Part shown: positions 43,424-59,642 of the stretch, piece after piece
How positions within the stretch are numbered: the stretch's first letter is position 1
Layout: each line of letters begins with the position of its first letter
From: Intoshia linei
Taxonomy: Eukaryota > Animalia > Orthonectida
Direction: 5' to 3'
DNA length: 64,000 bases
NCBI GenBank assembly: GCA_001642005.1
Contig: LWCA01000038.1
Coordinates: 5,112 to 69,111, forward strand
Program-made: the position numbers and the translations under genes
Notes under the pieces: model-generated
Database searches by the model: none
Seen by the model: the letters and a program-made list of their open reading frames with translations, nothing else
What the model was told of the DNA's origin: nothing

Positions 43424-44622
43424 CATACACCAGTGTAACCAAATATTTTTAGTCAATAAAAAAAAATCACTTACCAATCTCTCTTAAAATTGAAACATTC
43501 TCCGCATGGATGAAAAAATTCATCCTCCGGTTGATAACCACCGTAAACTTTACTATACATACTATTTAGACTTATATGATAATTTTTGAGTGGGAAGGAT
43601 AGCCAAAATTAAAAAAATTGCTCAATTCACAATTAGTCAACATTTTCATAACTAAAAGTATAATCTAAAAAGTTATCCACCTAAAATGTTCTAAATATGT
43701 AAATTATGCAAGATCATTAGTACTCAGGATATCATTATATTTGATATGAAATAGCAATTTGTCTAATAGTTTTTCGTGTCAAGATTTGACATTAAATAAT
43801 TAATGCTTAACTAAAATATCGATTATGCAACACCAGCAAAAAATTGACAAATTTAGCTTAAAATTCCAGTCGATCATAAAAAATAATGAGTCAGTATTAA
43901 ACAAGTATCAATATAATCTATATATCGCACAATTTACATTGAGTGTATTTGTCCTGCCTATGAAATACTATAGTTTTAAAGTAGCATCATGTATAATGCA
44001 TTTAATATAGCCAGTGTATTCATATTGATTGTACGATTCATACATGTTCCTACGAATACAAAAATGAATAATGTAAAAATTTCAAGTTTTATTGTTCTAG
44101 GATTATCATATATTAAGACCAATTACATTTATATCGACCATTTATCATACACTATATTACACACATATTATCAGGTATACATTTTAGTTATTATTTCAAA
44201 TTATTGATGAATCTGTTTCAAATGTACAGTATGGTGTCGTGAGTTAGAACCCATGACCTTTACTAATATTGATATTACTTGAGAATTTTATTTTTTTATA
44301 TTTACAATTATATTCATACTAGCTTGACTGTTATGTACTACGTACAAACAGCACATAAATCTGCCGAGGGCACATTTTTATTATACCAAAAAAATAAATT
44401 CATGTTGAAAATCTAACTTAAAAATCCACTATTCACTATTATCCATAAACAAGTGGTTCCCAAACTTGTTTCAGGTGGAACCATCATATGACATTACTAG
44501 ATTGAAAATCTAACTTAAAAATCCTACTATTCACTATTATCAATTCTTTAAAGGAAAAAATAAATTCACGTTGAAAATCTAATTTAAAAATCCTACTATT
44601 CACTATTATCAATCCTTTAAAG

Positions 44623-45561
44623 GAGTGGTTCCCACATTTGTTTCAGGTGGAAGACGTTTCGATATAGGTGGAACAGTTGACTATTTATCATTTCTTCTCA
44701 ATGTAACAAATTATAGAGGCATAATATCATGTTGCTTACATGTTTTCTAAACAAAAAAAGCATCATACCATCGGAAACGTTGATCAACCCTGTACTCTTA
44801 ACATTGCAAAACTTCTACTTGACGAAAAACAAAAAGGGGCACTTAAATCAGTTCCTTTGTAAAAGGATTAAAAATCTAGCAGAAGTTATCGAACTTCAAG
44901 TTATGGATGAACTTCGAAAAAGCCTAGTAAAATTTAGTTTACAATTGGACGAATCTACTGATGTGTTTGCAAGATATGTTGTGAATGATAACATTAAGGA
45001 GGAATATCTGTTTTGTAAGTCATTAAATAAAACTACAAGAGAATTGATGTATTCGAAATATATATGTTCTCTATTTATATAATCTAATTTGATATAGTCA
45101 TGTTTACATTTAATATAATCATAATTACTATGACTAATAATACACCTAATAACCAACATGACTATATAAATAGAGAACATCTATAAATTATATTAATACT
45201 TATATTTATATATATTTAATACATTGAAATATATATAAAATTTTTATATAGTTCCTTGATTTTTTTAGTGGCCCTTTTGGAAATATATTATATATGACTA
45301 TGATAGCTTAAAATGTGATATTTGGAAGTTTTTGGTGTAGTATGCTTAATATCTATCCATTTGTGACTGAAATTGCCGTTGAAGTAATTATTACTTTTGT
45401 TGTAACATAGTTTTGTGAGGCTGAATTTTCTATTCTAACAAATTAAAAAATAGAAATTAGAATAAATTAGATGTCTGTGTCGGTATGCGAGTGAGCCTAT
45501 CAAAAACAATGCACAGATTTAGCTTACTTCTCATTTCAAAGCAACAATAACGATCCCATTA
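44623..45561 (+). mobile_element. Degenerate hAT/Buster (Charlie/ZBED5/SCAND3-like) transposase remnant
   Basis: Terminus-like agtggttccca. FSLQLDESTDV and FARYVVNDNIKEEYLFCKSL lie in ORF 44729-45082. Frameshifted C-terminal pieces FCEAEFS and NKLDV..MRVSLSKT..KQQ*RSH* are at ~45410-45561. Confidence 0.85.
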
Positions 45562-48500
45562 AAATTTATCTAAATAAATTTGTTCAATTGTTATGTAAAA
45601 GTTTTCCGTTACTACTTAATTCGTCTATTTTCTGAGTCTTCAACATTATATTTGAATAGTCTATTTTTGATTAATGAATTTGGTGGTATGACCAGGGCTA
45701 CTATATTTTTCAATGGAAAATAGATAATATATCTACTGGATATTGCAGTAGTACTTACAAAACTTTTAGTGGATATGATAGTTGACATGTTTTCATATTT
45801 AAAAGATTTGAAGTAAGTACAGACAGGGTCGTGGAGAGGATCATATGTCCCGTGTCTACAATCATGAGGGCCTACTTTTTTAATTTATTAATAGGTATTG
45901 ATCACAAATTTCTCAAGTATATCATAATTTCGATAATCGAATGTGAATCGAAATGAAAATTTGAAATTTAAAAATTGCGTAGCAATGAAAAAAATTCCGA
46001 AGGAATGAATTATGTAGATTTTCACACATATGTCTTTATTGAAAATGTGTAGAGGTTCAATACACACTTTTTTGAAATTGTAGATTTACATTTTCAATTT
46101 TTTATTTTAATTGATTTATTTGAAAAATATTGGTTGAATATATTAAAAGTATTTTTCACGAGGAATACGTAGATTTCTGGGGTTAAAATTTTGTATTTAT
46201 ATCAACTGGAATAAGCTCTATCAGAATAACCTTTTTTTTAATTTTCGGACCGTTAATTATTTCACATTTTTTGTTTTAATAAAATATTTCGGAAAAAAAA
46301 TATATGAATACCAAAATGCTTTTTTGACCGTGAAGTCGTCACTTATTTGGATTCAAATTTTTTATGTGCGTTAATAGGATACAACTGTACCACCTGTAAA
46401 TTTTTTGAAAGTCTAGGGCTGTTTTCATTAAAAAAAAGGGTACTTTGTAGTTTTGACCCTGAAGATATAATTTTTTTAAATTTAAATTTATGCTAATGTT
46501 TATGATTTTAAAATGCGCATCAGCGTATATATTTAATTGAATTCTCCAACTCGTTTGATTTTCAAAAAGAGGGACAACTGGGGTTTTTGACCCGTAAGAT
46601 GTGGGTTTTGGAGGTTGAAATTTATTCAAATTCAAAGCCGAACCAACTGTACACGAAAAAGCTTTTCGGGTCTTCGACGAAAATTTGGTAAAATAGATGC
46701 CTCTAAAATGCAATCCAAAAGCCTTAGATAGGTAACACGATTTGATAAGAATGATTTATTTCAAATATATTTAGGTCATAATGATTTCAATTTCATAAAA
46801 TGTTTTATAATTATACTTTGATTTTTGAAAGTCTTAATTATTTTAAATCTAAATTTATTCATTAATATAATGTAAGTTGAAATGACCTTGTTTTTTAATT
46901 AATAAGTTAATTAATATAAATATATGACTTTATTTTTGGTTTAAATAATTTGATAACTGGTAATTTATTTGAAGATATGAATGAACTTTGAATGGTGCAT
47001 AATTTGAATTCTATCTATATTCTAGATTATAGTAAAAATTTAAATTTAATTAATATTTTTTTATTGTTAAAAAAAATGTCGAAAATCTATTTAACTCATA
47101 AATGTAATGTCCTTTGTTAAGTTTTGATTCATTTAAAAATACATAATGTATATGATTAACCTGATGGTTAGTATCCAATCTATAAATTTGACTATAATCA
47201 ATATATTACATTAAAAATTTTATTATGTTGAATGTTAAAACATAATATCAAATTATGTGCTACGTAAAACATTGCTCCATTTATCGATGAAATTAATTAT
47301 TTAGTCAATTTCAATTTATGTATAACGTGAACTAAAAACATTAAATTGATCCACTTTTTGATATAAATGGGCCACTTCTAGGATGCCTTTAAAAGTATTT
47401 TTATGCAGGATTGTATTTTAAATCATTATTTGGAATTTTAAAGGTAATTATTTATTTATGATGAAGATAAATTAGTAGAAAGTGAGAATGGTTCATATGT
47501 ATGTGTATATTAGAGGTTACATTAAACCGGTTTTACATACAAATTTCTAGTACTACACTTTATAATAATACAATTACAACTTTTTGATGGTCTACTTTTT
47601 ATTTTTCGGGTCTCGGTCATGATAGGTTCAGCTTATGTATTTATATTTTTTACAATTAACAATGTTACACTTAATTCGTATAATCATGCAATTAAATTAT
47701 CCAATTATCATGTATAATTGGATAATTATAATCTAAAAATATTATGTAAAACTATTTTATAAGTACAGGCTAATTCCAATTTAATCAAATTCCTTTATAA
47801 CGCAATTCCTCGTATATTGTATAATTTATAACGGGAAAAAATCCTGATTAACGGACTCATTTTTCTAAACTACAAAAATTCCGTTAAATTTTAACTTAAA
47901 ATGACAAGCATTATAATTATACTAAAGCTTTTTCGGTTCAAATTAAAAGCTTTAAATACATAAAACATTTTCTTGTCTTCTTGATTAATGATGATAATAA
48001 TGGTTGATTATTAATTATATGAAATGACTTGCAAATATACGTTGAGTGAAATGAAAATTAAAATTTTTTCATTGTTTGAATGCAGTGGTTCCCGGTTTAA
48101 ATAGTGTGTAAACCCCATTTTAAAATATTTATTTTTTGGACTATAAAGGAAACATGAAATGTAAATCATAAAACCTAGCTCTGCCGAGGGCACATTTTTA
48201 TACTACCAAAAAAATAAATTCACGTAGAAAATCTAACTTAAAATTCTAACTATTTACTATTATCAATTCTTTAAAGGATTGGTGCCCAAACATGTTTCAG
48301 GTGGAACCGTCATAGCACATTAGTTTTTACTTTAAAATTAATTATTCCATCTTAATTTTTTAGTTAACATTTGCATAAAGAATTTTAAAAACAATTATTA
48401 TCCCATTTTTTTAATTTATTAGACAGAATATATGTAATAATATTAAAAATAAAGTAAAAACAGTCGAATCCTGAAAATTGTCTTAAATAGCATAAAAACC

Positions 48501-49804
48501 TATTTTGTCATTGTCAATGTGATAATATGTGTTCAGTACCAATTTAATAAATACTTAAAAATACCAATTATGTATCAATAATTAATACAATCAACACTTT
48601 ATAAACATATTTCAGGTGAATTTTAACAATATTGAAAAAGATTGTAATAAATATAAAAATGATTATAACAAAGTTGTATTTCTTTTAATAATTCGTTGTT
48701 GTACTTAATTGTTGTTGTGTTAATTTAAATTTTAAACAAAATGTTTTGAAAATGATAAGTTGAGATTGAAAAATTGCGCAGGAATGAATTATATAGATTT
48801 TCACCCATATTTCTTTATTGGAAATGTGTAGACGTTCAATACACACTTTTTTGAAATTGTAGAAATATTTACATTTTCAATTTTTGATTTTAATCGAAAT
48901 ATTTAAAAAAATATTGGTTGAAAATATATTAAAAATTATTTTTCACCGGGAATTCGTAGATTTCTGGGGTTGAAATTTTGTATTTATATCAACTGGAATA
49001 AGTTCTATCAGAATAATTTTTTTTTAATTTTAGGAACATTAATTATTTCACATACTTTGTTTTAATAAAATATTTCGGAAAAANAATAGGATTTTTAAGT
49101 TAGATTTTCAACGTCAATTTATTTTTTTGGTATAATAAAAGAGTGCCCTCGGCAGAGCTAGGTGCTGTTTGTACGTAGTACAAAACAGCCAAGCTAGTTA
49201 CTTTATAAAATCGTAACATCGCGCTTGCAACTTTATTAATGAAACAATGTTACGGAATTTCATTAAAAATTTTAATAAATTTTGTAATTTAATTTATATT
49301 GACAACTCAATAACGAATTCAACTTCATTAATTACATGGTGACTTTCATTCTTATAATTTATGCTTTCTAAGTCTTAGAAATTTTGAATCAGAATCAAAA
49401 ATTCGTTTAGGATTTCCACGGTTTAGGTCAATTTGTTACTTCGTGGTTGTATTCATATTAAGGAGTATAATGTGGAGTACACATTATCATTAGTTATGGA
49501 TTACATTATGTAAATAATTACACACAATACTTATTTGTTAAAGGATTAGTAGCGTTGATTAACCGACAATGTTAAAAATACATAAAAATTATTGCTTAAT
49601 TTTAACACTTTAACAGAGAGTCGAAAGTTTTGACTAACCTAAGGTCAGTTTTGGGGAAGTCACAATGAATTTTATTTTTTTAACAATCAAGATAAAAATA
49701 ATTATTATGAACCATAGCAACAACGTAGGCCAAGACTAAGCCCTAACCGTAATCGTAATTAGTAGATATTGAGTACACCGAATTATGGACATTTTTAATG
49801 AAAA

Positions 49805-50230
49805 TATTCTTAAACCCAATTATTTTTACTTAAACCCAACAATTTTTACTAAAAATCCACTTTGACCAACATTTAATGGAAAAATTTCAATTTTACCAAC
49901 CCTTATGGGAAAACCCACTTTAACCAACCTTTAATGGAAAAATCAAGTTTTACTAACCCTTCAGGGAAAAATCAACTAATACAAATATCTAAGGAAAAAT
50001 CCCAATTTTACCAACCCTTATGGGGAAAACCCATTTTTACCAACCTTTAATGGAAAAATCCACATTTACCAACTCTTAAGGAAAAAATTGTCAGTATAAA
50101 CACTAAAATATCAGTAATAAAATGTACTTTGTCAGTATTTAAATACATATTTGTCAATTTTTAATTGAATGTTGTTGTCAGTGTTGTAAATTTTGATTTT
50201 TAGTAAAAATGGTTGGATTTAAGTAGACAC
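49805..50230. repeat. Foldback-like ~29-bp tandem-unit element (same family as 29490-29893)
   Basis: About eight tttaccaacc(c/t)ttaa.ggaaaa units and the same termini (tattcttaaa.. / ggttggatttaagtagacac). Confidence 0.75.
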
Positions 50231-51524
50231 TCATTTTTAATGGCGTCCACATAGTTTGGCGCGTGGTGGTGAAAAGCGTTCACGTGCTTATACATTTACA
50301 TGTACATTCCATAACATTCAAAAAAATTACAAATTTTAATATTCTTTGCAATCGTTTGCATTGTGTGAGCAAATTAATTGAAATACATTGTATTAATTTC
50401 TTTCATATAGCGACACGGTATAACCAACTTAACACTGTCAATATGGTTACAAATGTGGCAATTTGAATTATTTTTATTAATCAAAGCGCCATATTAAAAT
50501 ATAATTTACAAATGGAATATGGTATATTTTTTTTAAAATGTGTTAGTACTGAATATAATGGTTTGCTTTTTTTCGTTATTAAAATGTATTTAACGGTAAG
50601 ATATCGAGGGTATTGTACAGAAATGATGTGAAATTGTAATTACATCAAAGTGAAAATTTTTTTTAATTATTTAAAATTCAACAAGGCCGTGGAAATCCAA
50701 CAGTATGTGCTATATAATTTTTTAATGCGACGTTTATACATTTATTAACAATGTTTGATTGATCGTTTATTGTCTAAAAATTAAACATAACAGTTGGAAA
50801 TTGCATTGGCATCACAAAATTTCTTAGGAATTATCTAGTGTAGCTAGAAAATAATCTGTAATCCAATCGATAATTATTGCAATAGTAGATGATATTAACT
50901 ATATTGCAATACACGATTAGTTTTTTAGAAAACTGACTTAAACAATTTATATCAGCGTTTCATTAAGTAATCAACGTTGTGGGCCCTAACTAAATACTAT
51001 AACCTTAACATTAGTAACTATGATACTCATCGACCATTTTTATAAACGAAATTATTTTATCACACAGTACAACACTAACATTATGCAAGAATAATAAATA
51101 CATCATTCTTGATCGTCAAATGAACTGATAAAAGTGATATCAATTCTTTTTCAATCACATCCAGATTTTTTTATAAATCTGGCTTAATTTGCAAAAATTC
51201 CTTTAATAGGGGTTTTAAATTTATCTAAAACACAGTTGAAAACGCCGAGTATTTTTAATTATAATTTTCTAACTAATTAAAAAAAATTATGGTGATTTTG
51301 ATTGTTTAACTTTAAACTTTTAAATGATGATAAGTACAAGACGGAAACAATCACAAATTTTTTTCATTTAAAAAAAAGCCAGAAGTTTTAAAGATTAATA
51401 CTATATTTTGACTAAAATTAGTTTGAAAATTTTCCTCATAAGTGGTGACCAAGTGGACCACCAAGGCGCAACTGGTACTAACGAAACATTGAAAATGTCT
51501 ACAAATGTATTATGTTTTTAATAG

Positions 51525-56491
<4,967 letters not shown>

Positions 56492-56575
56492 ATATATTTA
56501 TGATTTTTGAAATAATACATGTGTAATATTATCAAATTATTTGAAGAGCAAATAATATTGGTAGAGTATTTTTGT

Positions 56576-58839
56576 TCACTTGGACATGAAACATTCAGAA
56601 ATGAGATCTGTAAAGGGTCCATTCATTTTTTCCATTTCAATTAGATCTAGAGCATGGTGATAAGATATTGTTCGTAGGTTAATTAAATTTGAAATTAAAC
56701 TTCCCATATACAGTACACTATAAGGTCGTCGAGTATTTACGTATTCTTGGAGGGCGTCAACGTATTCTTCTTGAATTTCTTGGATTTTTTTGTAATCTTT
56801 TATGCCATATCTATCTAAAATATTAATTTTTAATTTTAATGATTGGCAATGTATTTTGTATTTTCTGGGATCCCTATTTTATTTCATTTTAATTTTAAAT
56901 CTATAAACCAATTGTCATTAAAATTAAATAATCATCTAGAATTACAAGCATTTAACCCAATAACGTTAAAATGCATGTAATGTGACCAAAAAACCCGCGT
57001 TACACTTCGAATAAATTATCCATCTATTATGCGCTCCAAATAAATCTGTCGACACCCTATAGTGGCGAAACAGTCGCGACCACTGATCTATTTAGGGCCG
57101 TGTAGACGTCGTTATAATATTTCTCATTTTTGTTACATTAAAATGTTGTGTTGATCAAGTAAGCTGTATAAAAATAAACTGATCGGTCACACAGAACTCA
57201 CTATTGGATCTCCATAGACCTGGATGTCAGGCCTTCTGAAGAAATAAAAAAATGTAAGGTAATAAATACGTTTACATAATTTTAACATGTATTACCTGAA
57301 AATATGGTTATGGCCATAAGCATGCCATATTCGGCATTATCAACGCCGAGTACCGACATTTTTCTAAAAAAATCAAATTGACAATTGACACTTTTAGACA
57401 TTCCGCTTTTTTTCATGATTTCTCTAGTACAAGTATACCCATTGGTGAATATTATGGAATCGGTATGTAAATCATAACGTCGAGCTGACCGAATCATGAT
57501 GATTTCGTGAGCGGATCCCTAAATTAAAAATATAATCATGATCAAAATAATATACCTTGATGAGTGTAATTTGATCTTCTCGTAACAATCTGTCAAATTT
57601 AGGTATGGATTTTGCAAATTCAACCATTAAAGTTGTTATCGATTCAATTATGGAAACAATATTTTTATAACAAACCTGGACATCATCTGAACTTTTATCG
57701 GTTAGTAAAGGTTGGTTGGGTTTCAAATCATACATCTCTTGAAAATGTAAAATGTTTATGATGAGTTCGTGATTTTTTTTGGACATATATTCGAGCGGGT
57801 TTTTTCTCAGCTGAGTGTTCATGTTTCGATTATACATACACAATGCATTTTCGCTGACTTTGGAGTTTTTTGTCTTTTTATCGACATTTTGTTTGGATCG
57901 AGCCTTGCGTCGCACGTCTCGAGCTCTGCATTGTTCTTCTGATAATAAACCTAGGTAATGTTGTTTTTAATAAATAAAGATGTATACATTCTTCCTTCAT
58001 GCCGACCTCTCTGCAGCGTCGTAAACGACAAGATTGACACTTCCGTCTCATCCACATGTCCATTTCACATTGGCCGCCCGCTTTACAGGTGTATTTGGCA
58101 TTTCGAGTTACACTACGACGGAAAAAACCTAAATTAATAAAAATATTAATGACATAAATTTATTATGTCATTAAAAGTAGCCAAAATGGTTGTTAAAATG
58201 TAATTTAATGTCACGCTACATAAACAGTTACTGCGCTTAAATCAGTCACATAAAAATATATGATTGATTGAAATATCAATTTACACATAAATAATGATAA
58301 AGTATTAAATAACCTTTACATCCTTCACAACTAAGTGCATTGTAATGATAACCAGATGCCCGGTCTCCACACACTAGACACACTTCCTCGTCAAAATTTT
58401 TGGAATCCTTCTTCTTTTTTTGCATGGTAATAAACGGCTGATTTTGATAATTAATGGGGTACTGTGGGTATTTCTGAGTATTTGGACTGTGGTATCCATT
58501 AAACTGTGAGTAAAAAGATGGGGTTTTTGAATGACGCAAAGGACCCGTGTTAAAAAAACTTAATGGTTTTTTGAATAAAGTGGACGTTGGAGCATTTTTA
58601 GAAAAAAAGCTTGGTTTGCCGGAAGCGTAAGGAGTTGCGTACATGTCGTTTTTGAAATTATGTTTGTCGAAGCCAACGGATGTGGAGGTTGGAAAATAGT
58701 TCGGTCCTTCCTGTTGAATGGTAAACGATCCTTCCTTTGGCTTACTATAAAAGCCCTGCTTTAAACAGTTCTGACGAACAGGTTCGTCGCATTCTTTTTT
58801 GTCACTTTTCAGAGACAAGCAAAACTGTCCATTTTCCAT
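56576..58839 (-). CDS. EcR: Nuclear receptor NR1H, ecdysone-receptor type
   Basis: [129 protein letters not shown], and a last exon ending ..[17 protein letters not shown] (TGA 56576-56578). These motifs fit EcR better than LXR/FXR. Confidence 0.88.
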
Positions 58840-58948
58840 GAATCATTAATGAAATCAATAAAACTGCAACATCTAAACAAATAATTACAAAACGGGAAGA
58901 GCTGGATGACCACAAGCAACCCATACACAGGACAATGGTAAAGATAAG

Positions 58949-58961
58949 TGTTCAGTGAACA
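58949..58961. promoter_or_regulatory. Candidate IR1 nuclear-receptor response element (EcRE-like)
   Basis: TGTTCA-G-TGAACA is a perfect inverted repeat with a 1-nt spacer, 110 bp upstream of the EcR ATG. The core fits G(G/T)TCAnTGA(C/A)C; the outer bases do not fit the consensus. Confidence 0.4.
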
Positions 58962-59642
58962 TATTATCATCACTTTTATGACATGCGTGACTTTTTATAT
59001 TTAATTACTCGTTAAGTAGGGGTTAATACTCTAGGTCTATGTTTGGAATATACAAATTGATTTGTTTGCTCAAAATTTTAACCTTTCATTAATTTTTATA
59101 TTTCGGTGATTGATCGCCAGCAGTTGATGTAGAATGAGAGTAAAGTTTGACGATATCTCACTATATTTGATGATAAGGTTGGTGTTCGAAATACCAAAAT
59201 TAAGTTGAAAATTCAATGTTGTGCAATGCAGTAAGTTTGTCGTCCTATCGACAAAATTGGCTTACAGAATGACAGCTTAAAGAAAATATACGCAATTGTC
59301 TATTTAATAAATGGAGACAATAACCGATAGCTCATTGCTAACGAGAGCAGGTAGAGTAGTTGCGCAATCAATAAATCTGGAATGCACTGAAGCTATGCGA
59401 ATATAATGAATGAAATCTGAATTGTGAGGCAAGGCAACTAATTTATCAGTCTATAACCGATAGGTCATTGTTATTTAATCAATAAAAGAATTAAATTACA
59501 TAATAAAGACATCAGGCATATCAAAAACTCAGCTGCAAAATCAAACATCAATTAGTGCACCCAATAATCGATAGACAAAATTTAAAAAGGGTCGAAAATA
59601 ATCAATAATTATCATATTTATTTAACTGAAATAGTTTAAACT

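Noticed and set aside
43825-44207. Two short overlapping plus-strand ORFs (also 50263-50466, 48011-48193)
   Set aside because: No recognisable motif and no convincing splice structure. Short ORFs like these can arise by chance.
44228-44262. Minus-strand ggtcatgggttctaactc, resembling a tRNA T-arm (also ggtcgaatcc at ~7040 and ggttcgac at ~43160)
   Set aside because: No cloverleaf or A-box can be built, and the 43160 case is a MITE terminus.
48760-49197. Apparent head-to-head fusion of two Helitron pieces
   Set aside because: The orientation switch falls at an N (49084), so it may be a contig join.
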